Assembly (NCBI GenBank): GCA_024626585.2 | Contig: JANKJI020000001.1 | Location: 521,193 to 555,513 of the forward strand | Direction: 5' to 3' | DNA: 34,321 bases | Source: Ginkgo biloba | Lineage: Eukaryota; Plantae; Ginkgophyta | Part shown: piece by piece, positions 21,265 to 33,289 of the stretch | How positions within the stretch are numbered: the first letter of the stretch is position 1 | Layout of the letters: every line of letters begins with the position of its first letter | The notes under the pieces: generated by a model | Database searches by the model: none | What the model saw: the letters and a program-made list of their open reading frames with translations, nothing else | What the model was told of the DNA's origin: nothing | Position numbers and translations under genes: made by a program

Positions 21265-23921
21265 TATGTTTCCACAGATAAAATTAGTGTAAGGATTAAT
21301 AAATTCTCTAGAAATAGTTCCTGACGTGTTTTAAGAAAGGACTAAAAACCAAATACTTTTATCAATTTCACTTTGAATCACACCCTCATGGCATGGAATT
21401 ATATCTTGGAATAAAGGGAATAACTTGAATTTTTACTATACAATAAATTTAAATTATAAATTATAAATTTCTTCAAGTACATTGTTAGAACTTTCAAGGA
21501 CTTAAAACCACCAATTTAGCCAATTGTTGTTTGATTTTCTCAGATAATCTTCGGGTGTAGTGCAAAACTGCTATATGGGCCAATTCCCACTAATTATTAA
21601 ATTATGGTAAACTGAAATAGAATTATTTGCCACTTCGAACTGATTTCTTTGAGCAGTTCTATTAAGCCCAAGTCAAACTAAAGTTGACTAACCTATTCAT
21701 GTTTTGATCATTTCTTAAAGGACCCAATGAATTGCTTAAAAGAAAGTTATCATGCTCTACAATAATTAATTTTATAGAGATATACGCAAGTGCAAAGCTA
21801 CCCCAAGTCCGAAAACATTTTACTTGCCTTTTACCCCTAGATAAAAATTATCCCACTAATGATGGAGTAAATTTAAATAGGATCCTCCGTTATTTTGCAC
21901 TAAATTTTGTTAGCAAAAAACCCCCACTTCCCACTAGATGATAAATTATGGTAAATTTAAATAGTATCCTCTATTATTTTGCACTGAATTCTATTATAGT
22001 TTCCGTTCAGCTCAAGTCAAAATAAATTTGACTTAAGTGTTTAGAATTTGATGGGCTCTTAAACGACCTGGCAAGTTACATTAAGAAAATAATCTTGCTT
22101 TCCTTTAATTATTTTTAAAAGAATATGTTTAAATGTAATTTATTTTAATATATAGGCAAGTGTGTTGTGGCACTTATGATGAACTATCATGTAAAGTGTA
22201 CGTTATTTATATTTTCACTTTATTTTTTACTCAAGTCAATAGTTCAATAGTTCATCAAAGTGTATTTGCACTTTTTGACTTTTCACTNNNNNNNNNNNNN
22301 NNNNNNNNNNNNNNNNNNNNNNNNNNNNNNNNNNNNNNNNNNNNNNNNNNNNNNNNNNNNNNNNNNNNNNNNNNNNNNNNNNNNNNNAAATTATCTGTCA
22401 TGCGAAAGTTATTCGTTTATTTGTTTATGGACGTGACCAACGATCATGGCCAATGCGACAACAGCATTTATTCCTACTCATGTAATCCGACGATCATAGA
22501 TGACCTTATGAGAGCGGGTTGAATCACGACTGTTGGATTTACTTGAATGGGATGTGAGCACCTGCCGTAATTGCTTGCATTTCATATTGTCCGGAGTGGA
22601 GATTAAATCACGTAAAGGAAATTCAAGTTTTTGATTTCCTTTGTTTAAATGGTTACATGGGTAAATTAATTCGAAATTCTCAGATTAAGTGGGCCTTATA
22701 GAGGAGCTTTTTTGGGATTAAAAGTGTAGTTATACTAATAATGATGTAACATTCAATAAATTGAATATGCAAAAGTTACTTGGCTTAATTTGTTCAAAGT
22801 ATAACAAAAGTATCAAGTAATTTATTTAGTTTAATTTTTTTTTAAATAGTAAATATTAAGTAATTCTTAAAAAATATAATAAGAGCCACATTTAGCAAGT
22901 ACATGTTACTTAGTTTTAGGATTTGTATGCTTACAATAAAATAAAAATATTTAGTTGGATAGATAATATAATAATTAAACTTACTCGTAAAATCAATGTA
23001 GTTGTTCATAGACCATGTAAAATTTATGTAGTTGTTGTAGATTTGATGATAAAAAAATATTAGAATGAATGATGGTGAATAACAATGACTTCTCTCAAAA
23101 GAATACGTACATCTCTCTCTATTAATGATAATAATTAGTGAATGAGATGAATGAATGAATAATTATATTCATCATTTGATTATTGTTGCCTTTTAAAATA
23201 ATACTCTCTTGCATGCTAAGAGGATTTTTCTCTCACGTATGGAGAGAGGGTGCTTGCATGGGGAAGAGTGATTGCATGAGAGGGAGTGTCTCTCTCATAG
23301 ATAAGTGAGACTCACTTTGCATGGAAAAGTGAGCATACAAAGAGTATGTACGCATTTTTCTAGTTTTGATTTTTTCTACTTTTTGAAGAGATTAGGCATG
23401 TAAAGGTGTAATTAGAATTTTTGAATGTTTAATGCATTTTTGGGTGCATGAACCTAGTTAGGGAANNNNNNNNNNNNNNNNNNNNNNNNNNNNNNNNNNN
23501 NNNNNNNNNNNNNNNNNNNNNNNNNNNNNNNNNNNNNNNNNNNNNNNNNNNNNNNNNNNNNNNNNAAACTTATAGGATCAACTGTAGTTGTGGATTTAGA
23601 CCATGATTCTTCCATGTTGAAGGCATCAAATAACTACTGAACACATTGAATGCTACATAATAAACTCATAGGCCCAAGTGGTGACAAAAAGTGTCTTAGT
23701 GAGACAATCCACAAATTAAAACCCTTTAGAATAAAGACTGGCTAGATTGATATTTAGATGAGACTACTTAATGCCATCCAATTATCAATGAAATCTACTT
23801 AGTGATCAGACAGTGAGGAGAAACTCAATTGTGACATTGCATAATAAGGAAAATTTAACAAAAACTCCATGGTGGACTTGCAAAGTGAGGAAAACTAGCT
23901 CGATTATAATTTGATGTCATA

Positions 23922-24300
23922 ATGCATGATCACTATTTAATCATTTTTACTAATGAAGGTAGTAGAGGAAATCTTAGCCCTTCAGTGACTACATGTATCA
24001 TGAGAAAACATTTAGGGGATGATCTGAGTAATGCCATCCTTTTCTCACCCCATGCGACAAATAATATAGTTGAATATACTGCAGTCATTAGCACTATCAT
24101 AGATGCTCTACCCTTACATCCATCCCATACAATCCTGTATACTATTTTTTTACTCTTGACCAATCTGTTAAATCAATTTTGGGATATTGTCCATCCCAAT
24201 CTTTGTACTTATGCATTTTCAACTTGAGCCCTCTTAGCCAATTTTCCTACAATCTAATATATTCCATGAAGTCATAATGTTAATGCAAATTCTTGATAAA
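23922..24300 (+). mobile_element. Degenerate retroelement RNase HI domain (plant LINE/Tat archaeal-type RNase H)
   Basis: IFTNEGSRGNLSPS...ATNNIVEYTAVI...LLLTNLLNQFW.IVHPNL...YIP*SHNVNA matches FDGASRGNPG..TNN.AEY..DS.LV.NQ..W..H.PR..N..AD. Confidence 0.75.
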
Positions 24301-27099
24301 GAAGACTCTCTAATAGGGTGAAAGCAAGATAATGTGACACTATTTTAGGAAAAATAGAGTGAAAAAATGGGGTCAAATTTTTTTTGAGTAAACAATTGTT
24401 CAGGCATATAATTTGTTAGGTTGAACAATTAACTGCACAAAAATTCAAAATTCAAAATTTAAAATGCAAGTGCACACAAAATTTAAAATTTAAAATAGGG
24501 GCATCAATTATTCAATCAAACAAAATTTTCACCTTTTATCATGAAAATGAGTGCTCGATCATAAATACCACATTAATGTGCACTCTATTAACACACAAAA
24601 ATATAGTAAACTACTTGTACTACATTACCATGCTCTCTAAGAGTGCGTAAAGACATGGTATACTAGTGATATGCATGCACTTTTATGGTACGGTGTGAAA
24701 ATATAAAAAAAGGCACCCAAAAATTATTTGATTGAATAATTTATTTAGTCGAAGTATTGTTCAGTTGAATAATGTTAGGACCCTCAAGTCCTAATCTTAG
24801 TATAGTAGTATAATATAATTTGGGTNNNNNNNNNNNNNNNNNNNNNNNNNNNNNNNNNNNNNNNNNNNNNNNNNNNNNNNNNNNNNNNNNNNNNNNNNNN
24901 NNNNNNNNNNNNNNNNNNNNNNNNNGATTTTACAGGCGCATTGACTAAACTAAGACAAATCCAATTTATTCACAACTATTAGACATTCCCGAATTATGAA
25001 ACTTATATTGGCTAGATTTGAATGTACCACTACTGGTGGTTGTAGATTCTTTAAAATGTGCCATTGAAAATCAATAAATATAATCTAAATAGTATTGAAA
25101 TTGATAAGTAACCAACTCCAATGTGAAGATTAATTATTTAGGCTAGACTGAGTTATATTTATATGATTCTCTCCTTGAATAGGCAATCATCCTTCTCTGT
25201 GGCCTTATTTAATATCTCTATTTAACACTTGGTTTTATGGCTTTTCATTTCCATTATCGCTCATTCCTTATGCTCGATGGTCTAGACCCTATCCTCCATG
25301 TCCCTAAATAAAAGAGAACTTGATTATCACCATCCTTAGAAAAAACACTAGAAATGACTATTCTTATGAAGTTGATCTACCTAATAAATTTTCATTAAAT
25401 TGTCAACTCAGGTTTTGAATTTAAATGATGGAGAGAAAGATGTAATTTATATTACTACTATAGAATGAAATTCAAACAAAGAAAATATTAAAAAGAGAAC
25501 ACAAATAAAAAATCCTAACTATGATCCAATAATCCTAGGAATAGATGGGGATCCTTCCATATGATACTTATTATAGTCTATAAGGATTACTTATGAAAAT
25601 ATCCTTTAGAGGGAAAAGAAATTTCTTGTCTTCATTATTCAAAATTATGGTTTTTATATATAGAATAGGTGAGAATTGCCAACAACCAACTATTGCATTT
25701 AGTTTATCTAATGCAAAGTATATATTAATCGCAAGAATTATCTTCCCTCAATAAAACATAAAGGTACCTCTAACTTCAACCCAATATGAGGGAAGAACTA
25801 CCCTCACATTTATGTGAGGGTAGCTCTAACCTCAGTTTAGTATGGAGGTAGCACAAACTTATGACAAAAATATTAACAATTCTACCTTCATAGTCATCTA
25901 AGAATAGCTTTTATAAGAAGAACATTGAGATTACATTGAGACCATAAATTAATTACATCAAAGTTATTAATCAAAGAAAAATAACTACAATTTATCTTGA
26001 ATTTACAAAGGCAAAATGGACCAAGGAAAAATCCATCATGACACTCTATATTTTATTCTATCTCTTTCTAAAACTAGAATACCAAAGATCTTTTTAACTA
26101 TGAAGTGCAAATAAAGAGTTTTGGGAGCACAAGTATGAACATCATGTATTCATACCTATAAAATATGTCTTTATTTTAATTTCTTGTGGTAAAGCTATCA
26201 ATAACTTATAAACAAATATTAGCATAGGAATAAGGTGATGTGTCATCCTAACAAAGAGGGGGATAGCATATGGTTCTATGCAGATATAAAATTAAGAGGA
26301 GGATATAACCATAGGGAATCTATTGGATAATTTTTATTATATTGAGTTTCTCTTCCTAGCTCATCTCTCTATCTCTATTACTTTATTAGCTATGGTTTAA
26401 TAAAGTCTCTTCATTAAATTAGCTATGGGTTAATTATAGTTGATGTATATACAAAGTCATATTACTATTCTTAATATGGCCTTTAATAGTCATTGAATAA
26501 ATCTTGTGAGTTTATTAGGGGTTAGGGGAATATTACATAAAATATTTCCTAAGGGTATCCACTAATTATAACTAAGGCTCCACTTATAAAAATACCCTAG
26601 ATTTCTCCTCTTTTTATTCTTTAATTTGTATTATTGCAAGTGGAATTAAGAGAGTATATTTATTTTTCCAATATTATTGTGAATGATTCTTTCCTTTAAT
26701 TTATCTTAGAATATATGAGTGATTGTAATAGATCTTGGTAATCAAATCCCATGAGTGCATAGAATATTATCTAGGATATTTTCTACGTGATTTTATAGGT
26801 TTGTAGGATAAGTATAAGTATTAGTANNNNNNNNNNNNNNNNNNNNNNNNNNNNNNNNNNNNNNNNNNNNNNNNNNNNNNNNNNNNNNNNNNNNNNNNNN
26901 NNNNNNNNNNNNNNNNNNNNNNNNNNGTATAATTCATTGAGTAATCTCAAATTTATCATTTTATTCTATACTTTGAGGATTATATATTAAAATATATATT
27001 CAAGATTATATTATATATGCACTAAAATAATATTCATTGACATATAAAAGGGAAAAAAATAATGTCATAGTGGATCCACTCATGAAAACTATGACAATG

Positions 27100-27500
27100 T
27101 GTATTTTAATGCAATATAGTTGTTTGAAAAAACATGGGTGATAACATATAAAAGGATTTCCAAAGGGATAAGGGAATGCATAGGAGATAAACAATCCAAA
27201 TTGTCTAAATGGATCCATTTGTTAGAATATTAGTATAATACAACCTATCATACATTGATAAACATATATCCTTTCCTTGCACTACATGGATAAAAACTAC
27301 CATTATGAAAGCTTATGTCATCTAGGAGTCAATATAACCATCAAATCATGACATAATTAAGTAAGCACAAGAATTACTCAAGATTCTAAAAGATAATATA
27401 AACAATTGTGAACCTAAAGAAACTCGTAGACTATAATTGATCTACCTATAAATTTAGAAACTCATGGATACCTATTCATCAAGGGTAGGGAATATTAAGA
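27100..27500 (+). mobile_element. Degenerate Ty3/Gypsy integrase fragment followed by a PPT-like purine tract
   Basis: IRECIGDKQSKLSKWIHLLEY*YNTTYHTLINIYPFLALHG matches LR.YV..Q..W.KWL.LAEYWYNTT.H.SI.M.PF.ALYG; aagggtagggaa at 27481. Confidence 0.7.
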
Positions 27501-28949
27501 GAGGATAAAATATAATGTCTCTAAGCTAATATGTTTGACTATGGTTAATTATTTTATTTAAGTAAGAGATAAGTGGTAGCCCTATGTTTGAAAAAGGAAA
27601 CCACAAACTAGGTGGAAAGTGGTATGTAGGTTAGGTTTAAGGCTAAGGAAGTTCTTTTATAGTATATAAAGGAAACCAAGTCTCATTTATATCATATAAT
27701 TAAATTTGATCTTAATCATCTTCAGAAATTTTTCTCTCTTTTAAATTTTTATACTTAGGTGGGCCCATTAGTCATTTCTTGGGATCAAGTGAACCCCATT
27801 ATGATTATTACATTCTATATTGTGAACTATTTGGATTTATGGCATGGGTATTTACTATATTGTACATGAATTTCATGCATACTACTATGTATCTATGTTT
27901 CAGACTATTTTAAGTGAATATTTAGTAGTAGAACTCATTTATGTCACTATAAGTAATATTAGTATGATCATGGGGAGGTGTGATAAAAGTTTATTCGATT
28001 ATGCACTAAAGAAAAAAAACTGTCTAGTTTTTATTTTTTCATATTTAGAAATATCATATTAAGGTATCATTTTTTAAAAATAAATATCATTTTGAGTCTA
28101 AAATCCCCCCAAAAGTGTGTTTGTAGATGCACTGAAATCAATAATTTTTGGATCAATTTCACAAAAAATTCTTAAAACATATAAGTTTTGATGTACCCGC
28201 TTGGTGTTGGAGGATTTAATGTCAATATGTAGTGAAAATAATTTGATCAAATCCAAGGGGTAATCCTCTTCCTATCAATTCTGTGCACTTTGTCTCAGAA
28301 AGTAGAGCCTGTGGCCAGCTAGATCAACTTGTATGGCTCTCAGTGATGTCAANNNNNNNNNNNNNNNNNNNNNNNNNNNNNNNNNNNNNNNACAATGCGT
28401 AATTGCATGCTTTTAGAGTGTGTGACAATGCGACGTCAAGTAATTACGTGTGATCACACGGTGTAACCTACAACTCTTTGATTCGAAAAAAAATTGCTCA
28501 GAATGAAGTCGTCGCCAGCACAAAACCCAAAAAATACCTGAGTACATCCCTATGAACAGTCATATCAATCTGCAAAAAGGATCCTATCAATATCCTAAGN
28601 NNNNNNNNNNNNNNNNNNNNNNNNNNNNNNNNNNNNNNNNNNNNNNNNNNNNNNNNNNNNNNNNNNNNNNNNNNNNNNNNNNNNNNNNNNNNNNNNNNNA
28701 ATAAAAAATCTCATAAATATGAATAAATAAATATGAATAATCCTCTCATAGTATTATGAATTATAATCCTCTCTAGGACTACTCATGGTCATAGACCACC
28801 CCCATGTTAACCCATTCCTAGTGCTTGATGGAACATAAAATTTTGTTTATTTTTTCTAAATTATTTTTAAATAGGCATAATTATAGTCTTTTATAATAAA
28901 TTTCTACAAACTTTGAGCTTAATTAGATGTGGGAGGTTCCCATAACACT

Positions 28950-29913
28950 ACAATTAATTTAGGGTATGATTTAAGGACCTAGAAAGAGTAATATGAGAAA
29001 AAGACAACATCCCATAGTGGGATTAAGTATGGTTGCATAAATTAGATAAAACCACAGATAAATATATAGACATGCAAGAAAAAACTTTAGAATTGGTGAA
29101 TGGAATTAGAAACATCTCAAATGAATAGACAATTCTACATCAAGAACATCAAGAGAAAAAACATAATGAGGAATAGGAATATGATGATGAATGGTTGTTC
29201 GACGAAGAAGATTGTAAGGAAGTGAATATTGTATTTGACATATCTAATTAAGATATGGAAGTAAAACAACATTCTAAGGATGAATTATTTAAACAAGAAG
29301 TAGATATGATGAAAGATGACATACTATATTATTTGGAGATTTTTCTATTGGAGTCCTTATATTCTCAAAACATTTTATATTAAATGAGACGATGATGCAT
29401 GTTGTATCATTTATAGAAGAGGTCAAAGGTGAATACCATAACAAGATAAAATTTCATTCCAAATCATATCGAGAAGATGTTGAAGACCATGATGAGTTAT
29501 AATATAAGGACAACATTCAAGAACAAGAAATGAATGACAAGAAGATAGAAAAATCCCATTGTAGCACATTGGCCATAGTGAAGAAAAGAAATGAAGGAGA
29601 ATAAAGTGGAACCAGATAGACACACTAACTATCATGAAGTCAAATGGAAATACTATGTCTGTGCTTAACAAAAATAGTGGTTCATCTTCATGAGTAGAAC
29701 AAGCTCAATGAATAGCCCAAAATGTAAGAAGACTACTAAAAGAGAATGAAGATGAGACATAAAGAAATAAGCATGCAAAATATAATTATTAGATGGGAAA
29801 GCATTTGAAGAAGGAGAGGAATGTAATGAACCTAAGGGAAGACTTATAGACTATAAGAAATGGACCTATAAATTCAAAAGATCATAGAGACCTATTATTT
29901 GAGGGTGAATCAT
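28950..29913 (+). mobile_element. Decayed LTR retroelement 3' region with PPT and LTR start
   Basis: Purine-rich decayed coding-like sequence ending gaagaaggagaggaa|TGTAATG (LTR start ~29822). Confidence 0.45.
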
Positions 29914-30089
29914 NNNNNNNNNNNNNNNNNNNNNNNNNNNNNNNNNNNNNNNNNNNNNNNNNNNNNNNNNNNNNNNNNNNNNNNNNNNNNNNNNNNNNNN
30001 NNNNNNNNNNNNNAAATCCGTAGTTAATGACATTGGGAGATTTTGAATCTCCCACTGAGATACGGATCAGATGCATTACATTACCATGC

Positions 30090-30370
30090 ATATATTATAT
30101 TCATTGACGATGGAAGTAGAGGCAACCTAAGACCATCTGTTGTTGTATGGATAATTTAAAACCACCTCGAAAAAAATGTTTCTAGTGGCAAATTTTCTAT
30201 TCCCTTTGCTCCCAACAATCAAGCTGAGTATGCCGCATTAATTGGAACCCTTACAGATACCTTATCCTTACACATCCATTGAATAGTCATATTCACTAAT
30301 TATTTGTTAATGAGTAATTAGTTGAATCAAGTTTGGACAATATATAACATTGACCTCCACCTAATATGCA
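30090..30370 (+). mobile_element. Second degenerate RNase HI domain of the same type
   Basis: IFIDDGSRGNLRPS...APNNQAEYAALIG...IFTNYLLMSN*LNQVW, with several stops. Confidence 0.75.
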
Positions 30371-30901
30371 ACAATGACTGGATCATTAATGAAAAAAAAT
30401 TGGATGTTCAAATTCATCATGTTTGAAGGAGTTTGTTGGACAAGGGAAAAGCCTATAGTTGATGATTGATGGAGGGATGCAATAATTGAAAGAAGATATT
30501 GTGACATCGATAGATCCAAATGCCGACACCCAATGACTGACAAAACCTTCTATTAACAACTAATGGAGATGCCCTCCGCTAACATCAACTCATCGACAAC
30601 CTTGGGATCAAAATCTTATGTATTAGAACTACCTTTAATAGTTATCATAATTATTGGAGACAAGTATACATAGGTGTCATCCGAAAGGATAAAAAAGTTG
30701 AAGTTTAAGTACGAGTCTGAGTATATTCTTTAAGTGAAAACTCTGAATTATAATGTGTACATGTAAGACGTCATCTTGAGTAACTAACAGATCTATTATG
30801 CCTATTATAATGCGTCCAAGCTCTAAGTTGTAATTATCTCATCTCGCAGAATATAATGATGTAGTTGATTTTCTTAAATCATCTATATACTAATGTTACT
30901 T

Positions 30902-31030
30902 ATGAATGAATGGATGAATGCACAATATGAACTAGTGAATGTTATTTTGAAGAATGGATGTGTGCACAATTTCTCTTCTTCTTCAATGAATGAATAGACA
31001 AATGCATAATATGAACTAGTCCATGTTATT
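30902..31030. repeat. Direct repeat of a ~45-bp unit, period 84 bp
   Basis: atgaatgaat.ga..aatgca.aatatgaactagt..atgttatt at 30902 and 30986. Confidence 0.8.
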
Positions 31031-31956
31031 ATAACTTCCACCTATATGGTGCTCCAAATCATTTTATTTTTCGTTTTTTAATATAATTTTTGGTAAAAAA
31101 TCATAATATCATGTTTATGTGCATTTTGCTTTTGCCTTATGTCATCATGCATAGTGACACACGGTATTCAACTAAGGAGCGCACACTTACATGACATTTT
31201 TTTGTAAAGTGCATGATCACACAGTATTGACATATTCTTTCAATACCGTAACACATGTACACATATTTTGGCAATAAGTATATAAAAATTGCGTTGTTAC
31301 ATTTCGTTAATCAACACACACACATTCTTTAAGCGAGGCGGACTCAAAAATAATTATGCAAATATAATATTAATAGTAATCTCATTATTAATGATTTTGT
31401 AAAAGGTGTGAGGAGTTATTTGGGTTCGGATGAGTGGCAAATAATCTCATTGCATTCTGCATTAATTGAAGTAATAGCGACGATCCATACGATTCTCAAA
31501 ACGTTATGTTGTTCCCGAGTCCCGAGTGCTTTCTGTATGCTCTTTTTGTTCTATAACGTTTTCTCTTGTTTTGATATTGTAAATTATAAGCTGGATTTAC
31601 TTTGGTGAATGCCTTGATTGATACATTCAAAGGAAAAAGGAAAAGTTGTTTGTCTTCGAGAGGGTATGTTTTGAGTCGAATATGATACGCTGTATTCTCT
31701 CAAAGGCAAACAAAACAGAAATCTGCGCAAACTGTTGATACGAATAAATAAATGTATAAATACGCCATCAATAAGTAGCAATAGCAGTCGATTGAGATTA
31801 GCATGGAACTACGATAGAAATTTTCAAATACAAGCACAACGTCGCACTCTTTTAGATGCGACATTATTGAACAGGAAATTCCACTAGAAAAGCAGTCCGT
31901 AACCCACAAATTTGAAAATTATATGTTGAGCAGGGCATGGATAGAATGGAAAGCGT

Positions 31957-32271
31957 TCAAACAGTGCATTGAAAGCCAGGAGGAACGGTCATATTGCAGG
32001 CGTGAATGTAATCGTTCACAATGTGAGCGTTGAGTCCGCCGCTTGCAGAGATCAAAATGTCGCAAAAGCAGTCCAAACTGATCTTCTTCATCCCCTCGCA
32101 GCACNNNNNNNNNNNNNNNNNNNNNNNNNNNNNNNNNNNNNNNNNNNNNNNNNNNNNNNNNNNNNNNNNNNNNNNNNNNNNNNNNNNNNNNNNNNNNNNN
32201 NNNNNNNNNNNNNNNNNNNNNNNNNNNNNNNNNNNNNNNNNNNNNNNNNNNNNNNNNNNNNNNNTCGCCAT
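31957..32271 (-). CDS. Small eight-cysteine-motif protein (non-specific lipid transfer protein / prolamin superfamily); N-terminal half in gap 32105-32264
   Basis: ATGGCG in a strong aaaATGG context at 32271. After the gap: CC-x9-CFC-x21-C-x9-C ending VPPGFQCTV*, i.e. Cys3-Cys8 of the 8CM. The estimated ~104 aa fits an nsLTP with signal peptide. Confidence 0.8.
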   Translation of the reverse strand: MAXXXXXXXXXXXXXXXXXXXXXXXXXXXXXXXXXXXXXXXXXXXXXXXXXXXXXXCCEGMKKISLDCFCDILISASGGLNAHIVNDYIHACNMTVPPGFQCTV

Positions 32272-32387
32272 TTTCGTTTTTTTTCCCTCTCCCTTTCTTC
32301 TTTTGTGATCTCCTGCAGATTTTCTCTCTGAAAATGAAAACGAAAATGAGCTTCTATGTTGCGATGGTGAAATGGGATTCCTTTTAT

Positions 32388-32394
32388 TTTTATA
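32388..32394 (-). promoter_or_regulatory. Putative TATA box of the nsLTP-like gene
   Basis: cTATAAAAa about 117 bp upstream of the ATG, followed by an AG-rich leader. Confidence 0.5.
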
Positions 32395-33289
32395 GATAAA
32401 TCGGTACAGCTGACCGTTTGTGTCACGGGTTGCCCGAGTGAGAATTTCAATGGCTCGAGGAATGTGAAAAACTAAATTGTGTTAATGGCCTGNNNNNNNN
32501 NNNNNNNNNNNNNNNNNNNNNNNNNNNNAATTTCAAGCAATAAAAGCCAAAGTCGGTCATCTGGCAGTGCGTAAGATTCGTTCCAAACGCCATTGATTAA
32601 AAGCTTCAACTGTTTTTGGCGGCTTATTCCAAAACCTCGGAAGAAGAATCATTTCATTTCACATTTTAGATTGGGGAGTGGAAATATGGAACGGGCAGCT
32701 TATATTCGACAAATATATTGTTTTGAGGTTGGCAGTAACTCGGGCCATCTAGCGGTGGACACATCTCCTCTCCGTAACATCTCGCCGATATTACTGGCAT
32801 TCAATACATTAAATGAGAATTGGACGACTTATAACAAAGATTGGAACGCCCGTCCATGGCCTTTCTTCTTCCCGAGATCCGATCCCTTGTTTTGTGTGCT
32901 TGTATAACCGTGTTTTCGAGGCGAAGACCACTGGATTTAATTAATGAACGTTCCGTAACGCATTCGATGAATGCCTTCTTTCTGAGGGTCCGCACACGGA
33001 AGAAAATATAGCTTAGCGGACGCAACGTATCGATGTGCACGGTCTCGTTGGATTCCAAATTTTGCACTCCAAACGGTAGTGTTGAGGAGGTTCTCCCACC
33101 ACTTCTTTTTATATCTCTTTTATTGTGTCTTTATTAGTCTCCATTATCTCTTAATATAGACATTTAATCTCTTTTAGATTCCGTGATTTAGAGGTTTATT
33201 ATTCAAGCATTTGTTGAATTATTGTAAGCTATTTTACTAGGTTATCTAAGTCGTAGACTCGTAAGTATATTTTAGTAAGGCCACTTTGG

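Noticed and set aside
23205-23350. Degenerate ~17-bp ttgcatgg.gagagtg repeats as a CRISPR-like or RY-box array
   Set aside because: Eukaryotic context, irregular units and no unique spacers; more likely TE-internal repeats.
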